Source: a virus
IMG/VR virus record: IMGVR_UViG_3300023178_000030
Coordinates: 1-64,000 of that record
DNA: 64,000 nucleotides
Strand: one strand, 5' to 3'
Part shown: positions 9,727-19,267 of the stretch, one piece after another
Position numbering within the stretch: position 1 is the stretch's first letter
Layout: each line of letters opens with the position of its first letter
Position numbers and translations under genes: made by a program
Notes under the pieces: model-generated
Databases searched by the model: none
Told to the model about the DNA's origin: nothing
Seen by the model: the letters and a program-made list of their open reading frames with translations, nothing else

Positions 9727-10547
9727 TTGATACTATCTTATGTGATGTTATTAAAACAAATGTTAAATCAGAAAATTTTGTGGCCCTACTTTTATCAGGT
9801 GGGGCCGATTCTATCAGTATTGCGTTCTCTCTGCATCGCCTAGAAATCCCAGTTCACGCCTACTCATTTCGATTGGATACCCAAAACAATTACGATTTCA
9901 ATAAAGCCAAAGAAATTAGTGAAATTTTGAATTTTGAATTTACTGGTGTTGTTATTAATACATCTAATTTAGTTCAAGACTTTCATAAATTAGTTTCTCT
10001 TGGTGCAAAAAAGAAAACAAACTTTGAAGCAATCTATCCCTTTCTTCATGTCTTTCCAAAGATAAAAGAATCTTATGTTGCTACTGGCTGGGCCGCAGAT
10101 GGGTACTATGGTTTATCAAAAAAAGCAAACATACATTTCAAACATACTAAAGAATTATTTGATAAGTTTAGAGATAATTATTTTTTACCAGAAAATTGTG
10201 CTAGTTATTCTTTTCTTAAAAAAGTATCAGATATGCACAATAAAAAGTTAATTGCACCTTATCTTGATTCTAAAGTTAAAGATTATTTTTACACTATGGA
10301 TTGGGATGAGTTAAACAAACCTTATCAAAAACATCATGTTAGAAAAGCATTTGAAAAAGAATTTAATATGATTGGTAAAGTTAACAAACATTTGAATCTA
10401 CAATTAGAATCTAAAGTAGATAAATTATTTGAAACACTTATCGACAATAAAAGAATTAATTTTAAATCCAGACAAAGAGTTATGGATATTTGTAGAGATT
10501 GGTACTTGCTAAATAATACTAACACATTAGAAAACTTTTTTGAATAA
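9723..10547 (+). CDS. Asparagine-synthetase-like ATP-dependent amide ligase (no glutaminase domain)
   Basis: PP-loop LLSGGADS, TGWAADGYYG, APYLD. Confidence 0.75.
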   Translation: MIDTILCDVIKTNVKSENFVALLLSGGADSISIAFSLHRLEIPVHAYSFRLDTQNNYDFNKAKEISEILNFEFTGVVINTSNLVQDFHKLVSLGAKKKTNFEAIYPFLHVFPKIKESYVATGWAADGYYGLSKKANIHFKHTKELFDKFRDNYFLPENCASYSFLKKVSDMHNKKLIAPYLDSKVKDYFYTMDWDELNKPYQKHHVRKAFEKEFNMIGKVNKHLNLQLESKVDKLFETLIDNKRINFKSRQRVMDICRDWYLLNNTNTLENFFE

Positions 10548-10551
10548 AAGT

Positions 10552-10580
10552 TTGACAAAACACAATTAATACTATATAAT
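10552..10580 (+). promoter_or_regulatory. sigma70-type promoter
   Basis: TTGACA, 17 nt spacer, TATAAT; ATG only 8 nt after the -10 box, so possibly leaderless. Confidence 0.75.
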
Positions 10581-10588
10581 GGTTCTAT

Positions 10589-11737
10589 ATGAAATATAAT
10601 CCTTACACATTACAAGATGTTATCAAAGCATCTTCACAAAACAAATTTTCTGTAATATCAACATTCGCTGGTGGTGGTGGCAGTTCTACTGGCTATCGTC
10701 TTGCAGGTGGTAATATACTTTGCATGAATGAATTTGTTGAAGAAGCTCAAAACACTTATAGAGAAAATTACCCTAACACTCCGATCTTACCTGGTGATAT
10801 TAAAAAATTATCAGGTAAAGATTTTCTTGACATTGCAAAACTTGATGTTGGTGAATTAGATATTCTAGATGGTTCACCTCCATGTTCTGCATTTAGTGTT
10901 GCAGGTAAATTATCTCATAGTAAAGATGGTAAACATAGTGATGGTTGGGGTCAAACTAAAAATTATTCTGACGGTAAGATGGTAGAAAATATCGAAGATT
11001 TATTTTTTGAATTTCTACGAGTGGCTGATGAAATAAAACCAAAAGTTATTATTGCAGAAAATGTTGCAGGTCTTACTGTCGGTGAAGCAAAAACATATTT
11101 CAATAAGATACAGAATACATTTGAAGATATAGGTTATGATGTATGTGCAAAAGTTTTAGACAGTCGTTACTTTGGTGTATCACAAACAAGAACAAGAGTA
11201 TTCTTTATTGGTTTACGAAATGATATTACAACAAAAGCTGGATTAACATTTATGAATATTGCAAATGTATTTCCTGAAGAAAGTAGAGATATTGTTTCGT
11301 TAGAAGAAGCTTTAAAAGATTTAGAGTATGATTCTGAAGAAGTAAAGATGTTAACAGACAGATTTTCAAATACTGCATACTGGAAACAAACTGGTAGTAA
11401 AATGCCAAACAATCCAGACAAAGTTTTGACAGGTGGTGACTATCATCCTAAAGGACATCACTTTAATCTTAAGAGAGTTTCTCTAAAACAACCAGGTCCA
11501 ACATTAACTGCAATGGGTTCACAGATTACAACAGCAGGTGCTTTCCACTGGAACGAACCTAGAAAGTTAACAATAGGTGAATTGAAAAGAATACAATCAT
11601 TACCAGATGATTTTATTTTAACAGGTAAGTGGAATCAAAAAGCAGAACGCATTGGAAGAATGGTACCACCATTACTTCTAAAATCAATTGCAGATTCCGT
11701 TTATGAAAAAGTTATTAAGGAGTATAAGAATGGCTGA
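10589..11737 (+). CDS. C5 cytosine DNA methyltransferase-family protein, probable carboxymethyltransferase
   Basis: FAGGGG (motif I), GSPPC (IV), ENV (VI), QTRTR (VIII); motif X reads GRMVPP rather than GNxVP. Confidence 0.9.
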   Translation: MKYNPYTLQDVIKASSQNKFSVISTFAGGGGSSTGYRLAGGNILCMNEFVEEAQNTYRENYPNTPILPGDIKKLSGKDFLDIAKLDVGELDILDGSPPCSAFSVAGKLSHSKDGKHSDGWGQTKNYSDGKMVENIEDLFFEFLRVADEIKPKVIIAENVAGLTVGEAKTYFNKIQNTFEDIGYDVCAKVLDSRYFGVSQTRTRVFFIGLRNDITTKAGLTFMNIANVFPEESRDIVSLEEALKDLEYDSEEVKMLTDRFSNTAYWKQTGSKMPNNPDKVLTGGDYHPKGHHFNLKRVSLKQPGPTLTAMGSQITTAGAFHWNEPRKLTIGELKRIQSLPDDFILTGKWNQKAERIGRMVPPLLLKSIADSVYEKVIKEYKNG

Positions 11738-12425
11738 TTTTACATTCGCACATAGAGAAGAAGGTTTTGATGAACATATTGAAAACTCTATTCGTGGTTA
11801 CAGTAATTTATTAAATGACATTATTAGTTTCTCTACATATTTTGTAGAAGATTCAACTAACATAGTTGATATTGGATGTTCTACTGGTAAACTAACAGAA
11901 GCAATTATTGAAAAGAATCAAGACTGGGCTAAAGAAGCAACTTATATCGGTATTGAAGTTGCAGAAGGTTTCTTTAAAAATGTAGATGATAGATTAAAAC
12001 AAATCAATGATAAGTATGATTGGGCAGAAGTTGAATTTATAAAAGATGATGTTCGTAATTATAAGTTTGATAATTGTAATCTAGTAACATCAATATTTAC
12101 ATTACAGTTTATGCCTAAACAAGATAGACAGAAACTTATTGAAGATATTTACAATGGATTAAACCCAGGTGGTGCATTTATTTTTGCAGAGAAAACTATT
12201 TGTGAAGATGCAAGATTTCAAGATATGTTAACATTCAATTATTATGATTACAAAAGAAAATCATTTACTACAGATGACATTCTAAACAAAGAGATCACAT
12301 TAAGACACATGATGAAACCAAATACATACAAAGAGATAGAACAAATGTTATCTAGTGCAGGTTTCAAAAACATTCAACCGTTCTGGCGAAACTTTATGTT
12401 CGTTGGTATTCTAGCAGTTAAATAG
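11730..12425 (+). CDS. cmoA: Carboxy-S-adenosylmethionine synthase (CmoA-like)
   Basis: FDEHIENSIRGY, DIGCSTG, FTLQF, GGAFIFAEK, C-terminal F..ILAVK; start placed after SD AAGGAG. Confidence 0.85.
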   Translation: MADFTFAHREEGFDEHIENSIRGYSNLLNDIISFSTYFVEDSTNIVDIGCSTGKLTEAIIEKNQDWAKEATYIGIEVAEGFFKNVDDRLKQINDKYDWAEVEFIKDDVRNYKFDNCNLVTSIFTLQFMPKQDRQKLIEDIYNGLNPGGAFIFAEKTICEDARFQDMLTFNYYDYKRKSFTTDDILNKEITLRHMMKPNTYKEIEQMLSSAGFKNIQPFWRNFMFVGILAVK

Positions 12426-12436
12426 GAGGATATATA

Positions 12437-12844
12437 ATGATGAAAAACGCATACTTAAAAAAGTATCAAGATTTTGTAGATTTTACAACCAGTCAACAAA
12501 GTAAAGACACAAGATATTTCAAAGATACTGTTGACTTAATTCGTGAACATAGATTACCACCAGAAAGAATTATTACAGCCGCAATGGGTTTGTCATCAGA
12601 ATCAGGTGAATTCGCAGAGATTATTAAGAAGATAGTATTTCAAGGTAAACCAATTGAAGAAGAAACAAAGTTTCATTTGAAAAGAGAATTAGGTGATATA
12701 CTTTGGTATGTTTGTCAAGCTTGTATTGCACTTGATACAGATTTAGAAGAAATAATAGAAATGAATATTAACAAATTAGAAGATAGATACCCAGGTGGTT
12801 TTAGTGAGTTCAATTCTAATAATAGAAAAGAAGGTGACTTATGA
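12437..12844 (+). CDS. mazG: MazG-like NTP pyrophosphohydrolase
   Basis: [36 protein letters not shown]. Confidence 0.9.
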   Translation: MMKNAYLKKYQDFVDFTTSQQSKDTRYFKDTVDLIREHRLPPERIITAAMGLSSESGEFAEIIKKIVFQGKPIEEETKFHLKRELGDILWYVCQACIALDTDLEEIIEMNINKLEDRYPGGFSEFNSNNRKEGDL

Positions 12845-13881
12845 GTAATTTTTTAAAAGATATGTTGAAGGCTTCAGGTAATGAATATGCTTCAATAGTT
12901 GATGATGGTGTTGAAGGTGGTGATGTAGATAGTTTTATTGATACAGGTTCTTATGTATTAAATGGTTTATTATCTGGAAGTATTCATGGTGGATTACCTT
13001 CAAATAAAATAACTGCACTTGCAGGTGAATCTGCAACAGGTAAAACTTTTTTCTTGATGGGTATGGTAAAAAACTTTCTTGATTCAAACCCTGATGCAGG
13101 TGTTTTATATTTTGAATCAGAAAGTGCAATAACAAAACAAATGGTTATTGACAGAGGTATTGATCCAAAGAGAATGATTATTCTTCCTGTGACAACTGTT
13201 CAAGAATTTAGAACAGAAACACTTCGAGTTTTGAATAAGTATCTTGAAACACCTGAATCAGATAGAAAGAAAATGATGTTATGTCTTGATTCGTTGGGTA
13301 TGTTATCTACTACAAAAGAAGTTGAAGATACTAGTGAAGGTAAAGAAACTAGAGATATGACAAGAGCACAAGTTTTGAAAGCCGCATTTAGAGTTATCAC
13401 TCTAAAATTAGGTAGAGCTAAATTACCAATGGTAATCACAAATCATACCTATGATGTCGTAGGTTCAATGTTTCCCACAAAAGAGATGGGTGGTGGTTCA
13501 GGATTAAAGTATGCGGCTTCATCTATTGTTTATCTTTCAAAAAGAAAAGAGAAAGATGGTACAGAAGTTGTAGGTAATATTGTTCATTGTAAGAATCATA
13601 AATCAAGATTGACAATAGAAAACAAAATGGTAGATGTTAGATTATCATATGATAAAGGTTTAGATAGATACTATGGTTTACTTGACTTGGCAGAAAAGTA
13701 TAACATCATAAAGAAAGTATCAACAAGATATGAATTACCTGATGGTACTAAAGCATTTGGTAAACAAATCAATAGAGAACCTGAAAAGTATTTTACAGAA
13801 GATATTATGAATCAATTAGAAGATGCTTGTAAAAAAGAATTCAAGTATGGTAACAAATTAGAGGCTGTAGAAGTTGAGTGA
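12841..13881 (+). CDS. uvsX: RecA-like recombinase UvsX
   Basis: [24 protein letters not shown]. Confidence 0.95.
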   Translation: MSNFLKDMLKASGNEYASIVDDGVEGGDVDSFIDTGSYVLNGLLSGSIHGGLPSNKITALAGESATGKTFFLMGMVKNFLDSNPDAGVLYFESESAITKQMVIDRGIDPKRMIILPVTTVQEFRTETLRVLNKYLETPESDRKKMMLCLDSLGMLSTTKEVEDTSEGKETRDMTRAQVLKAAFRVITLKLGRAKLPMVITNHTYDVVGSMFPTKEMGGGSGLKYAASSIVYLSKRKEKDGTEVVGNIVHCKNHKSRLTIENKMVDVRLSYDKGLDRYYGLLDLAEKYNIIKKVSTRYELPDGTKAFGKQINREPEKYFTEDIMNQLEDACKKEFKYGNKLEAVEVE

Positions 13882-14425
13882 TTCATATATAAGAGTTTAT
13901 GATAATGTTATCGAAACATCTTTATGTAAAGAGTTAATAGAACAATTTGAAAACAATCCAAAACAACAAGAAAATGTTGTTTTTGAAGAACAAATGTCAT
14001 TTAAACAAATCACATTACAACAACATGATAATTGGAAAAAGTATTGTGACAAGCTTCAGAAAGTATTTTTTTCATATATAGAAACATATTCAAAAGATTG
14101 CGATTTGCTTTCATATAAAGTATTTCCAGAGAAGTTTGCATTTGAAATGTTTCGTATGAAAAGATATTTACCTAACAATAAAGATATGTTTGATTATCAT
14201 GTTGATGTAGGTGATTATGAAAGTGCAAGAAGATTTTTAGTTTTCTTTGTTTATCTATCTGACAATGAACATGGACATACATACTTTCCAAATTACAGAA
14301 TGTCTGTTCAACCTGTAACTGGAAAACTATTAATGTTTCCACCATTATGGACACATGTTCACACAGGAATCAAACCAGTCAAAGAACCAAAATATATTAT
14401 AGGAAGTTATTTACATTATGTCTGA
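13874..14425 (+). CDS. 2OG-Fe(II) oxygenase (prolyl-4-hydroxylase-like)
   Basis: [20 protein letters not shown]. Confidence 0.85.
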   Translation: MSDSYIRVYDNVIETSLCKELIEQFENNPKQQENVVFEEQMSFKQITLQQHDNWKKYCDKLQKVFFSYIETYSKDCDLLSYKVFPEKFAFEMFRMKRYLPNNKDMFDYHVDVGDYESARRFLVFFVYLSDNEHGHTYFPNYRMSVQPVTGKLLMFPPLWTHVHTGIKPVKEPKYIIGSYLHYV

Positions 14426-14744
14426 TATTAGTAGTAAGTACACATATGTTGTAAATGAAAAACAAACTTGGACAGGAATAGGCTTGACAAAAGATGCAGG
14501 TAAATACCAAGGTGTTGTTTATCGTTATGGAAAAGTATCATTTGCAGATGAAGATGAAAATGGTAATATGCCATTAAAGTTTGAATGGGATATATTAGAT
14601 TCAAATGGTTTATCAAAAGAAGATATGCAAGAAGATTTTTTTAATTTAATAGGGGATATCCTAGTTGATATCATGGACAAACAAATTGAAGAAGGAAGTA
14701 TGGAATATGTCAACACCGACAATAGAGAGAACGACATTAAGTAA
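14418..14744 (+). CDS. Conserved hypothetical protein in the T4 gp40 position
   Basis: Lies between uvsX and gp41; acidic; function not recognised. Confidence 0.55.
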   Translation: MSDISSKYTYVVNEKQTWTGIGLTKDAGKYQGVVYRYGKVSFADEDENGNMPLKFEWDILDSNGLSKEDMQEDFFNLIGDILVDIMDKQIEEGSMEYVNTDNRENDIK

Positions 14745-16092
14745 TTTAGTTTATAATGAAAACTACACAAGAAAAGTTTTACCATTTTTAAAATCAGAAT
14801 ATTTTTCTGATAGACAAGAGAGAATTGTTTTTGAAGAAATTTCAAAGTTTGTAGAAAAGTTTAATAACAGACCAACTAAACAAGCATTATCAATTGAACT
14901 TGATAAAAGAAAAGATTTAAATGATGATGAGTTTAAAAAAGTTTTAGAAGTCGTTGAAACATTATCTGATGCAGAAGTTGATTTAAATTGGTTAGTTGAA
15001 ACAACAGAAAAGTTTTGTAAAGAGAAAGCTGTTTACAATGCAGTTTTAGAATCTATCAAAATTATTGATGGTAAAGATAAACAAAAACAAATAGATGCAA
15101 TACCAGATGTTTTATCTGATGCACTATCAGTTGGGTTTGACCAACACATTGGTCATGATTATGTTGATGATGGTGAAGGAAGATTTGAATTCTATCATAA
15201 GAAAGAAGAAAAGATAGAATTTGATTTAGATTATTTTAACAAAATAACTAAAGGTGGTTTACCACAAAAAACATTAAATGTTGCACTTGCAGGTACAGGT
15301 GTTGGTAAATCATTATTCATGTGTCACTTTGCATCATCACTTCTAATGCAAGGTAAAAATGTTTTATATATAACATTAGAAATGGCTGAAGAAAAGATTG
15401 CAGAAAGAATTGATGCAAACTTAATGAATGTCACAATGGATGAATTACATCAATTACCTAAAAAGATGTTTGAAGATAGATTGACAAAGATACAATCTAA
15501 AACTAAAGGTAGATTGATTATTAAAGAATATCCAACTGCATCTGCTCATGCTGGTCATTTTCGTGCATTGATTAAAGAACTTGCACTAAAGAAATCATTT
15601 AAGCCAGATATTATATTTGTTGATTATTTAAATATCTGTGCATCATCAAGATTTAAAGGAAATGCAAATGTGGGTAGTTACTTCTATATTAAAGCGATTG
15701 CAGAGGAACTTCGAGGGTTGGCAGTTGAGAATAATCTACCGATTGTTTCTGCGACACAAACAACTAGAGGCGGGTATTCAAACAGCGACATTGGAATGGA
15801 AGATACATCAGAATCTTTTGCTCTTCCTGCTACGGCTGATTTCATGTTTGCACTTATTTCTACTGAAGAGCTCGAAAAACTTAATCAAATAATGGTAAAA
15901 CAGTTAAAGAATCGTTATAATGACCCTAATATGAACAAAAGATTCGTTATTGGTGTTGATAGAGGTAAAATGAAACTCTATGACTGTGAACAAGAAGCAC
16001 AAGACGATATCATAGATAACGGTCAAGATGACGATAAACCTCTATTTGACAAGTCTAGAAGTTACGAAAAATTCTCTGATATTAAAGTTTGA
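14707..16092 (+). CDS. gp41: Replicative DNA helicase gp41
   Basis: AGTGVGKS, ITLEMAE, VDYLN, SATQTTR, LKNRY. Confidence 0.97.
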   Translation: MSTPTIERTTLSNLVYNENYTRKVLPFLKSEYFSDRQERIVFEEISKFVEKFNNRPTKQALSIELDKRKDLNDDEFKKVLEVVETLSDAEVDLNWLVETTEKFCKEKAVYNAVLESIKIIDGKDKQKQIDAIPDVLSDALSVGFDQHIGHDYVDDGEGRFEFYHKKEEKIEFDLDYFNKITKGGLPQKTLNVALAGTGVGKSLFMCHFASSLLMQGKNVLYITLEMAEEKIAERIDANLMNVTMDELHQLPKKMFEDRLTKIQSKTKGRLIIKEYPTASAHAGHFRALIKELALKKSFKPDIIFVDYLNICASSRFKGNANVGSYFYIKAIAEELRGLAVENNLPIVSATQTTRGGYSNSDIGMEDTSESFALPATADFMFALISTEELEKLNQIMVKQLKNRYNDPNMNKRFVIGVDRGKMKLYDCEQEAQDDIIDNGQDDDKPLFDKSRSYEKFSDIKV

Positions 16093-16122
16093 CATCTTTC
16101 AAAGATACTGTTATTATAAATA
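16089..16122 (+). promoter_or_regulatory. Overlapping sigma70-type and T4 late promoter
   Basis: TTGACA 16089, 17 nt spacer, TATTAT; TATAAATA 16115-16122. Confidence 0.7.
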
Positions 16123-16160
16123 GTTTGTAATTATTTGTATAAATGGAAAAGGTGTAAAAG

Positions 16161-17624
16161 ATGAAAACTTTCAAACAATATGTGTTGGCAGAAGCAGATA
16201 CATCTGGTGCAACCAACACAGAAATAGCAATTTGTTATCAATACAACTTAAATAGAACAAACGACCACGATAAGGCACTTTCTGACGGTGGTATTGATCC
16301 AAAAGACTTCCAAAAACTAACTCCAGAACTATTAGAAATCGGCAAAAAAGTTGCTGACCAGATGGGAAATAGAGGCCCAATGTTGGTTCATTCTGGTAGA
16401 GCAACTGCTAGTAAAAACTATTATGAGGGTGCAAGAGATGTTACTCCTAAAGCAGATTTCTTTGGTAATTCAAAAAATTACATTTCCTTAAAAAAATCAG
16501 GTGAAAGTGGTGCTGGTGCTCAATTAATGAGTGCTAAATCTGCTGAAGCTGCTGGTGTTGTAAAAGCCGCAGTTGGTCATTATGAAAATGCAACTGGTAG
16601 TGCTTTATCAAATAACAAAGATTTTGCAAAAGCAATTTCTATTCTAGAACAAGAAATGAAAAAAACTGCTCGTAATGATTTAAATGTTGAAGTTGCAAAA
16701 GGTAAAAAGAGTTTTGAAGATTGGTATGTATCTTCAAGTTCTCGTAGAGATAAAATACTTAAAAAAGAAAAAAATAAAAAGAAAGTTGATGCACATTTGA
16801 AAGCAGAACTTGGTTTGATTGGTGCTACAAGATTTAGTAAAAATCTTGAGAAAAATTTAATTGGTGGTATTGCACCAATTAGTCAAGCGCAACTTAAAGT
16901 GTATTATGATGAATATGCAAATGATTCCAAGTATAAAGTTGGAGATGTTACTGTTAGTGGTAAATATTTAAAAAATGTATCTAAAGATTTGTTATCTGAT
17001 GAAGCATTAAAAAAACAAATTACAGAAGTTATTGATACTTCCGTTAAATCTCTAACTTGGCAAAATGAACTTACAAAATTTTTTACTGATAATGAAGATT
17101 TAAAAAAATGGATAGTATATGAAGCAGGTTCTGGATTGTATAAATTCACAGGAGAATATTCTTCTGGTTCAAATTATTTTGGTTCAGATCAAAATGTTGC
17201 AAATAAAATATTAGTATTTTCTAGTGATGGTATTAAAACAGAATATGATATTATGAAATATGCAGAGGAGAATACATCACTAGTAAATAAGATATCTGTC
17301 AGTTATAAAGGTTCTGGTAGAAGCAAATATATTAAACTAGGTATTGCATCTGCAATGGAATACGAAATGCCATTTTTAAAAGAAGAAATGGATAAATTAG
17401 AAAAACAATATTACTTATCTGAAGGAATTTTTAGTGGTTTGAAAAAGAAACTTTCTACATTTGTAGATTCTGCAAAAAAACTGATAAAGAAGTTTTATGA
17501 AAATGTAATTAAAAGAGTAATAGGAAATATTAAAACACTTGCACAAAAAGGTGTTAATATTTTTCTAGATTCTATAGGATTGGAATATACTCCAAATGTG
17601 ACGATTGGAACTCCAAAATGGTGA
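16161..17624 (+). CDS. Putative capsid-internal protein with a possible PD-(D/E)xK-like nuclease motif
   Basis: N-terminus MKTFKQYVLAE resembles the T4 capsid-targeting sequence; TPKADF...ISLKK. Confidence 0.5.
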   Translation: MKTFKQYVLAEADTSGATNTEIAICYQYNLNRTNDHDKALSDGGIDPKDFQKLTPELLEIGKKVADQMGNRGPMLVHSGRATASKNYYEGARDVTPKADFFGNSKNYISLKKSGESGAGAQLMSAKSAEAAGVVKAAVGHYENATGSALSNNKDFAKAISILEQEMKKTARNDLNVEVAKGKKSFEDWYVSSSSRRDKILKKEKNKKKVDAHLKAELGLIGATRFSKNLEKNLIGGIAPISQAQLKVYYDEYANDSKYKVGDVTVSGKYLKNVSKDLLSDEALKKQITEVIDTSVKSLTWQNELTKFFTDNEDLKKWIVYEAGSGLYKFTGEYSSGSNYFGSDQNVANKILVFSSDGIKTEYDIMKYAEENTSLVNKISVSYKGSGRSKYIKLGIASAMEYEMPFLKEEMDKLEKQYYLSEGIFSGLKKKLSTFVDSAKKLIKKFYENVIKRVIGNIKTLAQKGVNIFLDSIGLEYTPNVTIGTPKW

Positions 17625-18868
17625 TAAGTTTTTCTGATTATCTAACAGAAGATAAAGGTGGTAAGAATTTACATCTCGAACATATCGAAGATGAGATTCT
17701 AAACTATGGTGTTGATGGTGGTAGAGCTGCAATTAATTTTGTTCAATCATTAAGAGATATGTTAGCAGGTTCTAGTCGTTCATCAATTAATATGACTGTA
17801 AAATGGGATGGTGCTCCAGCAATATTTGCTGGCATTGATCCTGAAGATAATAAATTTTTTGTTGCAAAGAAATCTGTATTTAATATCAATCCAAAACTTT
17901 ATAAATCAGTTGCAGAGATTGATGCAGATTTATCTGGTCAACTTAATGATAAATTTAAAGTTGCACTTGCAGAATTTTCTAAACTTAATATTAAAGGTGT
18001 TTTGCAAGGTGACTTAATGTTTACATCAGATGATATTAATACAGAAAATATAGATGGAACAAAGTATTATACATTTCAACCTAATACAATTGTTTATGCA
18101 GTTCCAGTAGATTCTGATTTAGGTAAACAAATTAAAAATGCAAAAGTTGGTGTTGTATGGCATACAACTTACACAGGTGATGCACTACAAGATATGAAAG
18201 CTTCATTTGGTGCAGATGTATCTAATTTAAATAAAGTATCTTCAGTATGGACTGATGATGCAACTTATAAAGATGTTTCAGGTAAAGCAACAATGACTGA
18301 AAAAGAAACTGCAATTGTAACAAAACATTTATCAAATGCAGGTAAAACTTTTAGAAAAATTAATTCATCATTGTTAAAGAGTTTTTTAAATTTACAAAAT
18401 ACATTTACTGGTGTGTATGCAAGTGCAGGTTTAAAAACATATAACAATTCAAAAGTAAGAGAAGGTAAACCAGTATCAGATGCAAAGAAACACGCACAAG
18501 GTTATTTAAAGTGGGTTGAAAATGCATTTGATAAACAGATGAATAAATTAAAGACAGATAAAAGTAAAGAAAAAGTAAAAGTCAAAAAGACAGAAGTATT
18601 AAGAGAATTAAAAAAACATACAGTTAATTTATCAAACATTGTAGATTTTCAGAATCACATTGTCAATGCAAAAATGGCTGTGGTGAAGAAACTAAATAAT
18701 GTTAGACAGTTAACAGATACATTTATCAAAACTGCAAATGGATACAAAGTAACAAATCCAGAAGGTTATGTTGCAATTGATAGAGTAAAAGGAAATGCAG
18801 TTAAACTTGTTGACAGAATGGAATTTAGTTTTAATAACTTTACGGCAATAAAAAATTGGGATAAGTAA
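17618..18868 (+). CDS. Conserved T4-like protein with ligase-type KxDG nucleotidyltransferase motif
   Basis: HLEHIED, TVKWDGAPA, QGD, PEGYV, KLVDRMEFS. Confidence 0.65.
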   Translation: MVISFSDYLTEDKGGKNLHLEHIEDEILNYGVDGGRAAINFVQSLRDMLAGSSRSSINMTVKWDGAPAIFAGIDPEDNKFFVAKKSVFNINPKLYKSVAEIDADLSGQLNDKFKVALAEFSKLNIKGVLQGDLMFTSDDINTENIDGTKYYTFQPNTIVYAVPVDSDLGKQIKNAKVGVVWHTTYTGDALQDMKASFGADVSNLNKVSSVWTDDATYKDVSGKATMTEKETAIVTKHLSNAGKTFRKINSSLLKSFLNLQNTFTGVYASAGLKTYNNSKVREGKPVSDAKKHAQGYLKWVENAFDKQMNKLKTDKSKEKVKVKKTEVLRELKKHTVNLSNIVDFQNHIVNAKMAVVKKLNNVRQLTDTFIKTANGYKVTNPEGYVAIDRVKGNAVKLVDRMEFSFNNFTAIKNWDK

Positions 18869-19267
18869 ATGAAAACTTTTAAAGAATTGATGCAATCACT
18901 ACCAGAGAAGAAAGCAATGAGTTTTGCACAAAGACGAAAAGTAGGTATTCGTATGGGAAGAATGGCAAGATCATCTGCATTTCAAGCTAAACTAAAAAGA
19001 CTTCGAGGTAAAATGGCAACACCTGAAAAGTTAATGAGAAGAGCAAGAAAACAAGCGAAGATGTTAGCAATTAAAAAGTTTGGTGGTGTGTCTGCAAAGA
19101 ATTATGCACAAATGCCTGCATCAAAAAGAGTTACATTTGATAACAGAATTCTTGCAACTAAAGGTGCATTTATACAAAAAGTTGCAAAGAAGTTATTAAG
19201 AGTAGTAAGACAAAAAGAAATACAAAGATTGAAAACTTACAAACAAAATTTGAGTGATAAAAAATGA
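18869..19267 (+). CDS. Highly basic hypothetical protein
   Basis: MKTFKEL N-terminus; K/R-rich. Confidence 0.65.
   Translation: MKTFKELMQSLPEKKAMSFAQRRKVGIRMGRMARSSAFQAKLKRLRGKMATPEKLMRRARKQAKMLAIKKFGGVSAKNYAQMPASKRVTFDNRILATKGAFIQKVAKKLLRVVRQKEIQRLKTYKQNLSDKK

Noticed and set aside
15690-15875. Slightly GC-richer stretch within gp41
   Set aside because: It coincides with conserved helicase motifs with no insertion or intein, so it is uninformative without relatives to compare.
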